From: Desulfobulbus propionicus DSM 2032
GTDB taxonomy: Bacteria; Desulfobacterota; Desulfobulbia; Desulfobulbales; Desulfobulbaceae
Length of the DNA: 32,000 nucleotides
Reading direction: 5' to 3'
Assembly (NCBI RefSeq): GCF_000186885.1
Contig: NC_014972.1
Span: 870,001 to 902,000, forward strand
A program made the translations under genes and the position numbers. Positions 10,932 to 21,253 of this stretch are shown in pieces (position 1 is the stretch's first letter; every line of letters begins with the position of its first letter). A model generated the notes under the pieces. It was not told the origin of the DNA, ran no database searches, and worked only from the letters and a program-made list of their open reading frames with translations.

Positions 10932-11564
10932 ATGCCGAATACAAAAGGAATTTTAGGACGGAAACTAGGAATGACTCGGGTCTATGACGAAAATGGCCGA
11001 TCAATCCCGGTGACTGTTATTGAAGCTGGACCATGTACCATTCTTCAAAAGAAGACTGTAGAGAAAGAAGGGTATAACGCCATTCAGGTTGGTTTTTTGG
11101 AAAAAAAAGAAACTCGGATGAATAAACCTGAAGTAGGACACTGTAAACGATCAGGAGGAAAGGGATTTTATTATATCAAGGAATTCCGAGTAACTAATCC
11201 TGATGTTTATGAGGTCGGGCAGCAAATCACCGTGTCCGAGATCGTTTCTATAGGTGATCTTGTTGATATTTCAGGGAAAAGTAAGGGGCGAGGTTTTCAA
11301 GGGGTCATTAAACGTCACGGTTTTGCAGGTGGGCGGACCACTCATGGCTCCGACTTTCATCGAGCTCCCGGATCAATCGGTTGTAGTGCATGGCCATCCA
11401 GGGTTTTAAAAGGAAAGAAGTTACCAGGGCGAATGGGTAACGAATCAATGACTCAAAAGAATTTGAGAATTATTGATATTCGAAACGAGGATAACGTTTT
11501 GCTTGTTCGCGGTACTGTTCCAGGGGCAAAAAACGGATTGCTTAATATCTATTCAAAGGGCTAA
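10932..11564 (+). CDS. rplC: 50S ribosomal protein L3
   Basis: MPNTKGILGRKLGMTRVYDE matches the canonical L3 N-terminus. The ATG at 10932 follows AGGT. The upstream TTG at 10914 was rejected. Confidence 0.95.
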   Translation: MPNTKGILGRKLGMTRVYDENGRSIPVTVIEAGPCTILQKKTVEKEGYNAIQVGFLEKKETRMNKPEVGHCKRSGGKGFYYIKEFRVTNPDVYEVGQQITVSEIVSIGDLVDISGKSKGRGFQGVIKRHGFAGGRTTHGSDFHRAPGSIGCSAWPSRVLKGKKLPGRMGNESMTQKNLRIIDIRNEDNVLLVRGTVPGAKNGLLNIYSKG

Positions 11565-11592
11565 TCCCTGGTCAGCGCATAAGGAGATTTTC

Positions 11593-12216
11593 ATGGCAAC
11601 TTGTGATATTTACAATACTCGCGCTGAAAAAGTAGGCGAGATTGACCTGAATGAATCATTGTTTAACCTTGAGGTCAATACGGGCATTCTTCATGAAGTA
11701 GTATGTATGCAACGTGCTAATCGACGAAGCGGAAATGCATGCACAAAAACCCGAGGTGAGGTGAGTGGCGGCGGGGCTAAGCCTTGGCGCCAGAAGGGAA
11801 CCGGCCGGGCCCGATCGGGCAGTCGAACATCCCCGGTGTGGCGTGGAGGCGGTACTGTTTTTGGTCCTAAACCGAGGGATTATAGTTATTCGATGCCAAA
11901 AAAGGTCAAGAGACTTGCCCTTAAAATGGCCATGAGTGCACGTTGTCAAGAAGGAAATATTGTTATCGTTGATCAATTCGATTTGCCTGCAGTTAAGACC
12001 AAAGAGTTTCTCAAAGTCATGACAAATTTCCAATTTGAGAATTGTCTTGTCGTTACCGCTGAATCCGAAGACAATCTCGGATTGTCTGCTCGAAACGCGG
12101 TTGGTTTCAAGGTCCTGCCAGTTGCTGGTTTAAATGTTTATGATATCCTTAAGCATTCTAAATTGATGATACTTCAATCAAGTCTGGCTAAAATTGAAGA
12201 GAGGTTAATGGCATGA
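11593..12216 (+). CDS. rplD: 50S ribosomal protein L4
   Basis: The ATG at 11593 lies 7 nt after AAGGAG. The translation contains [11 protein letters not shown] and sits at the L4 position. The ORF-track start at 11473 overlaps the rplC 3' end and was rejected. Confidence 0.95.
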   Translation: MATCDIYNTRAEKVGEIDLNESLFNLEVNTGILHEVVCMQRANRRSGNACTKTRGEVSGGGAKPWRQKGTGRARSGSRTSPVWRGGGTVFGPKPRDYSYSMPKKVKRLALKMAMSARCQEGNIVIVDQFDLPAVKTKEFLKVMTNFQFENCLVVTAESEDNLGLSARNAVGFKVLPVAGLNVYDILKHSKLMILQSSLAKIEERLMA

Positions 12217-12503
12217 AGGCTATTTATGATATAATTAAGAGCCCCTGCCTCACGGAAAAAGGGAACGCTCTTCAAGAAATGCAGTCGAAAGTCGTTTTTA
12301 AAGTCGATAAATTTGCCAATAAAATAGAAATCAAGAATGCCGTTGAAAGTCTTTTCAGTGTTAAAGTTTCTAAAGTTGCAGTAAGCAATATGACGGGCAA
12401 AAAAAAGCGAGTTGGTGCTCGGTCCGCCGGCAAGACGAGTGATTGGAAAAAAGCATATGTTACCTTATCAGAAGGGAAAATAAATTTTCTCGACGAGCTT
12501 TGA
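12213..12503 (+). CDS. rplW: 50S ribosomal protein L23
   Basis: 96-aa ORF whose ATGA overlaps the rplD stop. The size and position are those of L23 in the S10 cluster. Confidence 0.95.
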   Translation: MKAIYDIIKSPCLTEKGNALQEMQSKVVFKVDKFANKIEIKNAVESLFSVKVSKVAVSNMTGKKKRVGARSAGKTSDWKKAYVTLSEGKINFLDEL

Positions 12504-12545
12504 TCCATTATACGCTAAAGATTTGCGAAGATTATAGGAATTGCA

Positions 12546-13364
12546 ATGGCTATTAAAATCCACAAACCGACATCACCAGGTAGCCGTCATCATGTATCTG
12601 TCCGCCAAGAACTTTCGGATAAAGCCCCTGAAAAACGGCTCACCACTGAATTGGTTAAGACGGGCGGTCGAAATGCCTATGGCCGAGTGACTGCTCGACA
12701 CAAAGGCGGCGGTCACAAGCGAAAATATCGAATTATTGACTGGAAGCGAAACAAAACAGAAATTCCAGCCCAAGTGACCGCAATTGAATATGATCCTAAT
12801 CGATCTGCCAATTTAGCTTTATTAACATACGCGGATGGTGAAAAAACCTATATCCTGGCTCCTAATGGGCTGACAGTGGGAGATACGGTAATTTCAGGTC
12901 CCAGTGCGGATATAAAATTGGGAAATTGTCTTCCTATGACGAATATTCCTCTTGGTACTGTTATCCATAATATTGAGATGAAAATTGGTAAAGGTGCTCA
13001 ACTCGTGCGCTCGGCAGGCGCAGCGGCGCAACTTATGGCCAAGGATGGCAACCAAGTACTTGTAAAGCTTCCTTCAGGTGAAGTTCGTAAATTCAATAAA
13101 GAATGTAGAGCCTGCATTGGGCAAGTAGGAAATGCCGAATATGGAAGCCAAAAGCTTGGTAAGGCAGGGCGGGCACGCTGGAAGGGAATTAGACCTTCGG
13201 TACGTGGTGTAGCGATGAACCCTGTTGATCATCCAATGGGCGGTGGTGAAGGTAAAAGTTCAGGTGGTCGACATCCTTGCTCTCCTTGGGGTATTCCAAC
13301 AAAAGGATATAAAACGAGGAAACGTAAAGCCTCAGACCGTGATATCGTCAATAAACGGAAATAG
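12546..13364 (+). CDS. rplB: 50S ribosomal protein L2
   Basis: 272-aa ORF with PTSPGSR near the N-terminus and [18 protein letters not shown]. Confidence 0.98.
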   Translation: MAIKIHKPTSPGSRHHVSVRQELSDKAPEKRLTTELVKTGGRNAYGRVTARHKGGGHKRKYRIIDWKRNKTEIPAQVTAIEYDPNRSANLALLTYADGEKTYILAPNGLTVGDTVISGPSADIKLGNCLPMTNIPLGTVIHNIEMKIGKGAQLVRSAGAAAQLMAKDGNQVLVKLPSGEVRKFNKECRACIGQVGNAEYGSQKLGKAGRARWKGIRPSVRGVAMNPVDHPMGGGEGKSSGGRHPCSPWGIPTKGYKTRKRKASDRDIVNKRK

Positions 13365-13382
13365 TCAAAGGAGATTATTGTA

Positions 13383-13655
13383 ATGGCTCGATCCATAAAA
13401 AAAGGACCTTTTGTTGATGATCATCTCATGAAAAAGGTTGAACAAGCTCAGGAAACCGGATCTAGAAAGGTCATTAAGACATGGTCTAGACGATCTGATA
13501 TATTGCCAGAGATGGTCGGTTTGACGTTTGCTGTTCACAATGGCAACAAATTTATACCTGTGTATGTAACTGAAAACATGGTCGGACATAAGTTGGGGGA
13601 ATTTTCTCCGACGCGCACCTATTATGGCCACGCATCTGATAAAAAAGGCAAATAG
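13383..13655 (+). CDS. rpsS: 30S ribosomal protein S19
   Basis: 90-aa ORF starting [12 protein letters not shown] and containing VHNG and GHKLGEF. Confidence 0.98.
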   Translation: MARSIKKGPFVDDHLMKKVEQAQETGSRKVIKTWSRRSDILPEMVGLTFAVHNGNKFIPVYVTENMVGHKLGEFSPTRTYYGHASDKKGK

Positions 13656-13696
13656 GTAGTAGATTTCGTAGCCAGATTTTACTAGGAGTGAAAACG

Positions 13697-14029
13697 ATGG
13701 AGACAAGAGCCGTCGCAAAATATATACGAATTTCCCCACAAAAAGCTCGCTTGGTTGCCGATGTTATACGAGGAATGAATGCAGAAAAAGCGGTCACAAC
13801 CCTTCGTTTCATGCCCAAAAAAGCAGCTCGTGTTATTCGCAAGGTTTTGGAATCCGCAGTTGCAAATGCGGATCAGATGGAATCCATTGATGTCGATACC
13901 CTTTATGTGAAGGAGATCACTGTTGATGGTGGACCCATGTTGAAACGATTTAGTCCACGTGCACAGGGGAGAGCGACTAGAATTCTTAAGCGAACCAGCC
14001 ACATCACTGTTGTCGTTGATGAAGCGTAA
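13697..14029 (+). CDS. rplV: 50S ribosomal protein L22
   Basis: The translation starts METRAVAKYIRISPQKARLV. The ATG at 13697 lies 8 nt after AGGAG. The GTG at 13688 overlaps the SD and is less likely. Confidence 0.95.
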   Translation: METRAVAKYIRISPQKARLVADVIRGMNAEKAVTTLRFMPKKAARVIRKVLESAVANADQMESIDVDTLYVKEITVDGGPMLKRFSPRAQGRATRILKRTSHITVVVDEA

Positions 14030-14080
14030 ATTCTAAGCGATACTTTTTGAAACTAATAGAAGAGGGAACGGAGGATTATC

Positions 14081-14746
14081 TTGGGACAGAAAGTCAATCC
14101 CGTCGGACTGCGGATCAACATCACACGCTCTTGGGAATCCATTTGGTACGCTGATAAAGATTACGCGAATAATTTGCATCAGGACCAGCTTATACGGAAA
14201 TACCTAAAACAAAGACTTTTTCATGCCGGTGTATCTCGTATCGTCATTGAACGTACGGGAGAAAAAGTGAAAGTCAAACTTTTTACTGCACGTCCAGGTA
14301 TCGTTATTGGCAAGAAAGGGACTGAGATCGAAGGGTTAAAAAAAGATCTCGAGACCAAATTCAAACGGAATTGTTTTATTGATATTCAGGAAGTACGTCG
14401 ACCTGAAGCGGACGCGCAACTGGTTGCTGAAAATATTGCCTCCCAATTGGAGAAGCGCATTGCTTTTAGACGTGCCATGAAGAAATCAATCAATTCTGCC
14501 TTGCGATTTGGCGTACAAGGTATCAAGATTTCTTGTTCAGGTCGGCTAGGGGGTGCAGAAATGTCCCGCACGGAATGGTTCAAAGAGGGACGGGTCCCAC
14601 TCCACACCCTTCGCGCAGATATTGATTATGGTACAGCTGAAGCCAAGACAACTTATGGGATAATTGGTGTCAAGGTCTGGATTTTTAAGGGTGAAATTTT
14701 AGCTGACACTGAGCAGGTTAGTGAACAACCTTCCCAGGCGAATTAA
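14081..14746 (+). CDS. rpsC: 30S ribosomal protein S3
   Basis: 221-aa ORF with a TTG start after GGAGGA. The translation starts [11 protein letters not shown] and continues with a KH-domain sequence. Confidence 0.97.
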   Translation: MGQKVNPVGLRINITRSWESIWYADKDYANNLHQDQLIRKYLKQRLFHAGVSRIVIERTGEKVKVKLFTARPGIVIGKKGTEIEGLKKDLETKFKRNCFIDIQEVRRPEADAQLVAENIASQLEKRIAFRRAMKKSINSALRFGVQGIKISCSGRLGGAEMSRTEWFKEGRVPLHTLRADIDYGTAEAKTTYGIIGVKVWIFKGEILADTEQVSEQPSQAN

Positions 14747-14806
14747 TTTTTTCGATATTTAATTAGTTCTCCTTGAACTAAATGTTCCTTTTAGGAGTTT
14801 GATAGT

Positions 14807-15223
14807 ATGTTAAGTCCTCGAAAAGTTAAACATCGAAAACAGCATAAAGGTAGGATGACCGGTGAATCTTATCGTGGTGCTGAACTTGCATTTGGTGAAT
14901 ATGCGCTAAAAGCTGTTGGATGTGGACGAATGACCGCCCAGCAGATAGAAGCTGCCCGTATCGCAATTAATCGAAAAGTCAAACGTGGTGGTAAATTGTG
15001 GATTAGAATATTCCCCGATAAACCTATCACGAAGAAACCCGCTGAAACACGAATGGGTAAAGGAAAAGGTGTTCCCGAGTATTGGGTGGCGACGATACGC
15101 CCAGGGCGAATTTTGTACGAATTGAAGGGAATCCCAGAGGAACTCGCGATTGAGGCATTGCGACTTGCGAGCTTTAAATTACCTTTCCCAACCACGGTTA
15201 TCAGCAAGAGTAAAACGATATGA
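14807..15223 (+). CDS. rplP: 50S ribosomal protein L16
   Basis: 138-aa ORF starting [16 protein letters not shown] and containing [11 protein letters not shown]. Confidence 0.98.
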   Translation: MLSPRKVKHRKQHKGRMTGESYRGAELAFGEYALKAVGCGRMTAQQIEAARIAINRKVKRGGKLWIRIFPDKPITKKPAETRMGKGKGVPEYWVATIRPGRILYELKGIPEELAIEALRLASFKLPFPTTVISKSKTI

Positions 15224-15420
15224 AAGCAAAAGAGTTAAGAAGTTTAGCTGTAGACGATTTGCTCAAGAAAAATCAGGAAATGCGTGAAGACTTGTTTCGG
15301 CTTCGCTTTAAGCATTCTATCCGACGGCTTGAGAATTCAGCAAAACTGAGTCAACTTAAAAAGGATATCGCAAGGGTCCAAACCGTCCTCACACAAAAAC
15401 AAAAGGGCCAATCCGTCTAA
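15220..15420 (+). CDS. rpmC: 50S ribosomal protein L29
   Basis: 66-aa ORF whose ATGA overlaps the rplP stop. It contains ELRSL and LFRLRF, typical of L29. Confidence 0.95.
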   Translation: MKAKELRSLAVDDLLKKNQEMREDLFRLRFKHSIRRLENSAKLSQLKKDIARVQTVLTQKQKGQSV

Positions 15421-15449
15421 CCGGCTAAAATATGTCTTGGAAAACGACT

Positions 15450-15704
15450 ATGAGCGACCATGTAAAGAAAACACGTCAAGGTTTTGTTGTAAGCAACAAA
15501 ATGGATAAAAGTGTTGTCATTTTAGTGGAAAGGAAGATTCCTCACAAACTTTATGGGAAATATATTCGACAACGTGTTAAGTATATGGCCCATGATGCCC
15601 TCAACCAATGTCAAATCGGCGATTTGGTGATGATAGAAGAGTGTCGACCTCTGTCTAAAAATAAACGATGGCTGGTTCGAAACATTATCGAGCGGGCCGC
15701 ATGA
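15450..15704 (+). CDS. rpsQ: 30S ribosomal protein S17
   Basis: The 84-aa form [21 protein letters not shown] aligns end to end with canonical S17. An in-frame ATG at 15432 is possible. Neither start has a strong SD. Confidence 0.93.
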   Translation: MSDHVKKTRQGFVVSNKMDKSVVILVERKIPHKLYGKYIRQRVKYMAHDALNQCQIGDLVMIEECRPLSKNKRWLVRNIIERAA

Positions 15705-15764
15705 TGTTTTGTGTGGATTTTTTAAGCTTGATAAAATGAAATTTGGAAATAGTCGGGTGAGGTC

Positions 15765-16133
15765 ATGATTCAAACTGAAACCGTGTTAAATGTTGCCGAT
15801 AATTCAGGTGCCAAGAAGGTGCTTTGTATCAGAGTATTGGGTGGAACGAAGAAACGATACGCAGGAATCGGTGATATCATAGTTGTTACTGTTAAAGAAG
15901 CCATTCCGCATGCAAAGGTAAAAAAAGGGGATGTTCTTAACGCAGTTGTTGTTCGAACTGTAAAATCAATTAAACGACCCGAAGACACTACCGTTAAATT
16001 CGATGAGAATGCTGCTGTTTTATTAGCTAATAACGGTGAACCTATAGGAACACGAATTTTTGGACCTATCGCCCGTGAACTTAGGTCACTGGGATTCATG
16101 AAAATTATTTCTCTAGCTCCAGAAGTTTTATAA
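15765..16133 (+). CDS. rplN: 50S ribosomal protein L14
   Basis: 122-aa ORF starting [17 protein letters not shown]. Confidence 0.98.
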   Translation: MIQTETVLNVADNSGAKKVLCIRVLGGTKKRYAGIGDIIVVTVKEAIPHAKVKKGDVLNAVVVRTVKSIKRPEDTTVKFDENAAVLLANNGEPIGTRIFGPIARELRSLGFMKIISLAPEVL

Positions 16134-16174
16134 TATTTTATAAAACAAACGGAATATATTGAGGTACTGGAAAG

Positions 16175-16510
16175 ATGCGCCATTGTAGCACGAATTTACG
16201 CGTTAATGATAAGGTTGAAGTTATAACTGGAAAGGATAAAGGTCGTGTAGGTAAAATTCTTAAAATTGATCGCGAAAAGAACAAGGTTCTTGTTGAGCGA
16301 ATTAATTTAATAAAAAAGCATCAAAAAGCCAAAGATGCCTCACAAACCGGGCAGATAATCGAACGCGAATCCAGCATTAATCTTTCCAACGTAATGTTAG
16401 TTTGTCCAGAGTGTGCCGAAACTGTAAGGATCGGAAAGAAGGTGCTCGAGGATGGCACTAAAGTTAGAATATGTAAGAAATGTCAAGCAACCATTGAATC
16501 TACCAAATAG
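16175..16510 (+). CDS. rplX: 50S ribosomal protein L24 (carries a CxxC-x19-CxxC motif)
   Basis: 111-aa ORF with the KOW motif [13 protein letters not shown], at the L24 position between rplN and rplE. Confidence 0.95.
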   Translation: MRHCSTNLRVNDKVEVITGKDKGRVGKILKIDREKNKVLVERINLIKKHQKAKDASQTGQIIERESSINLSNVMLVCPECAETVRIGKKVLEDGTKVRICKKCQATIESTK

Positions 16511-16535
16511 TAGAACTTGTCGGCGCACGGAGCAA

Positions 16536-17081
16536 ATGATGGGCACATTAAAAGAACAGTATGAAAATGAACTTAAATCCGCATTACAAAAATCATTAGC
16601 AATCTCTAATGTTATGGAGATTCCGCGGATTGAGAAGATCGTTTTAAATATGGGCTTAGGCGATGCAGTTCAAAATCCAAAAGTTGTAGAAAAAGCCGCT
16701 CACGAGCTAACGTTGATTGCAGGACAAAAAGCCGTTGTGACTCGGGCTAAGAAATCAATAGCGACCTTTAAATTGCGTGAAGGTATGCCGATTGGAGCAC
16801 GTGTGACTTTGCGAAAAGATCGAATGTATGATTTTCTTGCAAAATTGATCCATATTGCTTTACCGCGAGTACGTGATTTTAGAGGCATTTCTTTCAAAGG
16901 ATTTGACGGACGCGGCAACTTCTCCATGGGAGTGACCGAACACATCATTTTTCCTGAAATTGATTACGATAAAATTGATCAAATCAGAGGACTCAATATT
17001 ACTATAGTCACTAGCTCCAAAACTGATGAGGGGGCTAAAGCTTTGCTGGATGCCATTGGCATGCCCTTCAGAAAAAAATAA
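16536..17081 (+). CDS. rplE: 50S ribosomal protein L5
   Basis: The N-terminus [13 protein letters not shown] follows GGAG, and the translation contains [15 protein letters not shown]. The start could be 16536 or 16539. The ORF-track start at 16452 overlaps rplX and was rejected. Confidence 0.95.
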   Translation: MMGTLKEQYENELKSALQKSLAISNVMEIPRIEKIVLNMGLGDAVQNPKVVEKAAHELTLIAGQKAVVTRAKKSIATFKLREGMPIGARVTLRKDRMYDFLAKLIHIALPRVRDFRGISFKGFDGRGNFSMGVTEHIIFPEIDYDKIDQIRGLNITIVTSSKTDEGAKALLDAIGMPFRKK

Positions 17082-17125
17082 TTTTTAGTCCACAACTGCT
17101 ACGTTAAGTCTCGGAGGAAAATTCA

Positions 17126-17311
17126 GTGGCAAAAAAATCACTCATTGCCAAAGCCAAGCGTGTTTCTAAATTTTCGACCAGATCCTATAATCGATGTCCA
17201 TTATGTGGAAGAGCCCGCGCTTATTACAGGAAATTTGGCATTTGTCGGCTATGTTTTCGCAAATTGGCATCGCAAGGCGAGATCACCGGTGTAACTAAAT
17301 CTAGCTGGTAA
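17126..17311 (+). CDS. rpsN: 30S ribosomal protein S14, short zinc-binding type Z
   Basis: 61-aa ORF with a GTG start after GGAGGA and the Cys4 pattern CPLCGR...CRLC. Confidence 0.96.
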   Translation: MAKKSLIAKAKRVSKFSTRSYNRCPLCGRARAYYRKFGICRLCFRKLASQGEITGVTKSSW

Positions 17312-17353
17312 TTTTACATCAAACTGGTTCAAATTTTATAAGAGGATTTTTCG

Positions 17354-17752
17354 ATGTCCATGAGTGACCCGTTAGCAGATATGCTGACTAGAATTAGAAA
17401 TGCTACGAAATCGCGTTTCAACTCTGTGGAAATACCACTGTCGACTCTTAAGGTTAGTGTAGCGCGCGTTTTGAAAAATGAGGGGTATATTTCTGACTAT
17501 CAAATTATAAAAGATGGTCCTCAAGGAATATTGAAATTACACCTCAAGTATGGTGCTCACAATGAAATTGTCATTTCCGGCATACGTAGGGTAAGCAAAC
17601 CCGGTCATCGACGATATACGACCAGTGATAATATTCCAAAAGTCATGAGCGGATTGGGTATTGCAATTTTGACTACTTCAAAAGGAGTCATCACTGATAA
17701 AGAAGCTCGTACGCAAAATATTGGTGGTGAGCTTCTTTGCGAGGTATGGTAA
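17354..17752 (+). CDS. rpsH: 30S ribosomal protein S8
   Basis: 132-aa ORF starting MSMSDPLADMLTRIRNA. Confidence 0.98.
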   Translation: MSMSDPLADMLTRIRNATKSRFNSVEIPLSTLKVSVARVLKNEGYISDYQIIKDGPQGILKLHLKYGAHNEIVISGIRRVSKPGHRRYTTSDNIPKVMSGLGIAILTTSKGVITDKEARTQNIGGELLCEVW

Positions 17753-17786
17753 CTTTTGTAAGTTTAGCTGTTAACAGGAGAAGCTA

Positions 17787-18329
17787 ATGTCCAGAATAGG
17801 AAAACAACCAATTCCAATTCCCGCTGGTGTCAAGATTGAAATTCAAGGTACACATATCAAGGTGCTAGGGGGAAAAGGAACGCTTGAACGCGATATTCGG
17901 CCAGAAATAGAAGTCGTGGCATACGACAATACCTTAGTCTGTAATCCGAAAGGCACGAGTAAAAAAGTAATGGCTTTTTGGGGAATGACTCGTTCTTTAA
18001 TTCATAATATGGTTGTCGGTGTTGACCAAGGGTTTTCTAAAAAATTAATGGTCGAGGGCGTTGGCTATCGAGCCTCTGTCAGTGGAAATGTCCTCACTCT
18101 GAACGTCGGATATTCTAGTGGTGTAGAATACAGTCTACCGGCAGGCATTTCTGCATCTGTTGAAAAGGATAATTCTATTATGCTTCAAGGTATAGACAAG
18201 GAACTCGTTGGACTTGTCGCAGCGCAAATCCGCGGAATACGGAAACCAGAACCTTACAAGGGTAAGGGTATTCGATACTTTGATGAGCATATTGTGAGAA
18301 AAGTCGGAAAAGCCGGCGGTAAGAAATAA
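17787..18329 (+). CDS. rplF: 50S ribosomal protein L6
   Basis: 180-aa ORF starting MSRIGKQPIPIPAGV and containing EPYKGKGIRY. Confidence 0.98.
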   Translation: MSRIGKQPIPIPAGVKIEIQGTHIKVLGGKGTLERDIRPEIEVVAYDNTLVCNPKGTSKKVMAFWGMTRSLIHNMVVGVDQGFSKKLMVEGVGYRASVSGNVLTLNVGYSSGVEYSLPAGISASVEKDNSIMLQGIDKELVGLVAAQIRGIRKPEPYKGKGIRYFDEHIVRKVGKAGGKK

Positions 18330-18362
18330 TAAACAAACAAATCTCAAATAATATAGTGAACT

Positions 18363-18728
18363 ATGGCGAAGACAAATCCTAAAGTCACCGCAAGAAGAAA
18401 ACGAGTTCAACGTATCCGGGTCAAAATTTTCGGTACAAACGAGCGACCTAGAATGAGCGTATATCGAAGTAATAAACATATATATGCTCAGATTATTGAT
18501 GATGTCCACCACAAAACTTTAGTCGCGATGTCCAGTGATTCAAAGATTTTTGATGATGCAGAATCGATCAATAAATGTGAAAAAGCAAAAAAGGTAGGCC
18601 TTCTTATTGCGGAAAAGGCAAAAGCTATCGGAATTGACAAGATAGTTTTCGATCGGGGCGGATATCTCTATCATGGCAGGATCAAGGCCTTGTCTGATGG
18701 CGCTCGCGAAGGTGGATTAGAGTTTTAA
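18363..18728 (+). CDS. rplR: 50S ribosomal protein L18
   Basis: 121-aa ORF containing [20 protein letters not shown] and [26 protein letters not shown]. Confidence 0.97.
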   Translation: MAKTNPKVTARRKRVQRIRVKIFGTNERPRMSVYRSNKHIYAQIIDDVHHKTLVAMSSDSKIFDDAESINKCEKAKKVGLLIAEKAKAIGIDKIVFDRGGYLYHGRIKALSDGAREGGLEF

Positions 18729-18776
18729 TTAACATACAGATTATTCATAATTTCTTTATTGCGACGGGGGTGTTTC

Positions 18777-19289
18777 TTGGCTGAATTTAAGAAATCAAAA
18801 GACGGGATCCAGGAAGAGCTCATCGAAAAAATTGTTTTCATTAATCGAGTAGCAAAAGTAGTTAAGGGTGGTAGGCGGTTTAGCTTTAGTGCCATTGTCG
18901 TTGTTGGAGATGGGCACGGCAAAGTTGGATATGGTTTAGGAAAAGCAAACCAAGTCCCTGAGGCAATCCGCAAAGGTATTGAGCAAGCTCGTAAGGATAT
19001 GCAACATGTTTCCTTGACATCCGTTTCGATCCCACACGATGTCGTTGGTCAGTTCAAATCAGGAAGTGTCATGTTGAAGCCAGCCTCTGATGGAACAGGT
19101 GTTATAGCCGGTGGTGCTGTCCGCGCGGTTCTTGAGGCCGCAGGGGTTCAAAATATTCTGACGAAGTGTTTGGGATCAAACAATCCTCACAATCTTGTCA
19201 AGGCCACTATGAATGGTCTCCGGCGTTTGCGCACAGCTGAGCAGATTGCTAAGCTCCGCAATAAGACTATAGAAGAGATTGCAGCATAA
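18777..19289 (+). CDS. rpsE: 30S ribosomal protein S5
   Basis: The translation contains [16 protein letters not shown] and [19 protein letters not shown] at 18777, 6 nt after GACGGGGG, gives a typical length of about 170 aa. An upstream TTG at 18759 is also possible. Confidence 0.93.
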   Translation: MAEFKKSKDGIQEELIEKIVFINRVAKVVKGGRRFSFSAIVVVGDGHGKVGYGLGKANQVPEAIRKGIEQARKDMQHVSLTSVSIPHDVVGQFKSGSVMLKPASDGTGVIAGGAVRAVLEAAGVQNILTKCLGSNNPHNLVKATMNGLRRLRTAEQIAKLRNKTIEEIAA

Positions 19290-19317
19290 AGCTTCTGGTG
19301 GAAAAGGGCTCACAAAA

Positions 19318-19497
19318 ATGGACAAAATAGTTACATTCACTCAAATAAAAAGTTACATAGGAAGTCCAAAAGCCGTCCGTGCTACTTTGATCGGATTAGG
19401 CTTGACCAAAATGTACAAAACAGTGACCCGTAAGGATACACCTGAATTACGCGGCATGTTGAACAAGGTCCAGCACCTGGTTAAATTGGAGGACTAG
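19318..19497 (+). CDS. rpmD: 50S ribosomal protein L30
   Basis: The 59-aa form MDKIVTFTQIKSYIGSPKAVRATLIGLGL aligns with canonical L30. The ORF-track start at 19279 overlaps the rpsE stop and was rejected. Confidence 0.93.
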   Translation: MDKIVTFTQIKSYIGSPKAVRATLIGLGLTKMYKTVTRKDTPELRGMLNKVQHLVKLED

Positions 19498-19500
19498 AAC

Positions 19501-19938
19501 GTGATTAAGTTAAACACACTCGCTCCAAGTGAAGGCGCGAGAAAAGCGAAGAAACGTGTCGGACGTGGCCCTGGAAGTGGTCATGGCAAAACCGGAGCTC
19601 GTGGGCATAAAGGTGCTCGTGCACGGTCCGGATACAGTGCCAGCCCAGGCTTCGAGGGGGGGCAAATGCCTTTGCATCGTCGGCTTCCAAAGCGAGGATT
19701 TAATAACATATTCAAAAAGACATATACCATATTGTCGCTGGATGAACTGAACAGGTTTGATGCTGGAACCGTTATTGATTTAAATTGTCTGATCGATGCT
19801 GGTTTAGTTGAGCCTGGTCAATCGGTTAAAATTTTAGCCAATGGCGAAATCACGAGAGCATTAAATGTCAAAATTGCTCAGATTAGCAGTAGTGCTAAAG
19901 AGAAAATCATTGCTGCTGGTGGAACCATTGAGGAGTAA
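19501..19938 (+). CDS. rplO: 50S ribosomal protein L15
   Basis: 145-aa ORF with a GTG start, containing GRGPGSGHGKTGARGHKG. Confidence 0.97.
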   Translation: MIKLNTLAPSEGARKAKKRVGRGPGSGHGKTGARGHKGARARSGYSASPGFEGGQMPLHRRLPKRGFNNIFKKTYTILSLDELNRFDAGTVIDLNCLIDAGLVEPGQSVKILANGEITRALNVKIAQISSSAKEKIIAAGGTIEE

Positions 19939-19941
19939 TGC

Positions 19942-21246
19942 ATGAGCGGTCTCATCAGTGCTGCTAGTATTCCTGATTTACGCAAGAGAGTGGTTTTCAC
20001 TCTCTTGATGCTTTTGGTCTACAGAATGGGAGTGCAAATTCCCACACCTGGCATAAACGGAGAAGCCCTTACCGCTTTTTTTGAAAAAAATGCAAGTACC
20101 CTTTTTGGCATGTTTAATATGTTCTCAGGCGGTGCCTTAGAGAACTTTTCCATATTTGCCCTTGGAATTATGCCGTATATTTCGGCGTCCATTATAATAC
20201 AATTACTCACCGTCGTTGTTCCGCAACTTGAAACGCTTTCCAAAGAAGGTGAATCCGGTAGAAGAAAAATCACACAATATACAAGATATGGTACAGTCGT
20301 GCTTTCTATAATCCAAGGCTTTTTTATTGCCACTGGCTTAGAAGGAATGACAAGTCCCAACGGCGTTCCCATTGTAATAGATCCAAGTTTACACTTCAAA
20401 TTAATGACAGTACTCACGCTTACCTCTGGCACTGCTTTTATCATGTGGCTCGGGGAACAGATGACTGAGCGTGGAATCGGCAACGGCATTTCGCTTATTA
20501 TTTTCTCAGGAATAGTAGCGCGAATGCCATCTGCAGTCGCAAATACAATCGAGCTTATAAAAACAGGGGAGCTGTCTCTCATTTTTGTTCCCCTGATATT
20601 GGCATTAATGTTTTTAATTGTTGCATTTATTATTTTTGTTGAAACCTCCCAGCGCAGGATCCCCATCCAATATGCAAAAAGGGTTGTAGGCAGACGGGTT
20701 TATGGGGGGCAGGCCTCCCATTTACCTCTTAAAATCAATGTATCTGGTGTTATTCCCCCTATTTTTGCCTCGTCTATCATGATGTTTCCGGCGACCATTG
20801 GTTCCTTTGTTCATATAGACTGGGTGCAACGGATATCGGCTGCCTTTTCACCTGGAACAGTGTATTACTATCTTCTCTATGTGGGAATGATTGTATTTTT
20901 TTGTTTTTTTTATGCAGCAGTATCTTTTAAAGCAGATGATGTGGCTGAGAATTTAAAGAAAAATGGTGGGTTTATACCAGGCATTCGGCCTGGAAAACGA
21001 ACCTCTGAATTTTTAGATAGCACATTAATTAGACTTACAGTTGTAGGAGCCATCTATTTAAGTGCCGTATGTGTTATGCCCACTCTTCTTATTGCCGAGT
21101 TAAAGGTTCCTTTTTACTTTGGCGGGACAGCTCTTTTAATTGTAGTTGGTGTAGCAATCGATACAATTTCGCAAATAGAATCTCACCTTATTATGCGAAA
21201 TTATGATGGTTTTATGAAAAATAATCGGATACGGGGACGGAATTAG
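19942..21246 (+). CDS. secY: Preprotein translocase subunit SecY
   Basis: 434-aa multi-pass hydrophobic protein containing LGIMPYISASII and WLGEQMTERGIGNGISL, at the conserved position after rplO. Confidence 0.98.
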   Translation: MSGLISAASIPDLRKRVVFTLLMLLVYRMGVQIPTPGINGEALTAFFEKNASTLFGMFNMFSGGALENFSIFALGIMPYISASIIIQLLTVVVPQLETLSKEGESGRRKITQYTRYGTVVLSIIQGFFIATGLEGMTSPNGVPIVIDPSLHFKLMTVLTLTSGTAFIMWLGEQMTERGIGNGISLIIFSGIVARMPSAVANTIELIKTGELSLIFVPLILALMFLIVAFIIFVETSQRRIPIQYAKRVVGRRVYGGQASHLPLKINVSGVIPPIFASSIMMFPATIGSFVHIDWVQRISAAFSPGTVYYYLLYVGMIVFFCFFYAAVSFKADDVAENLKKNGGFIPGIRPGKRTSEFLDSTLIRLTVVGAIYLSAVCVMPTLLIAELKVPFYFGGTALLIVVGVAIDTISQIESHLIMRNYDGFMKNNRIRGRN

Positions 21247-21253
21247 GAGTATT

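Noticed and set aside
20019-20666. 215-aa minus-strand ORF inside secY
   Set aside because: It is antisense to secY and has no motif or signal support.
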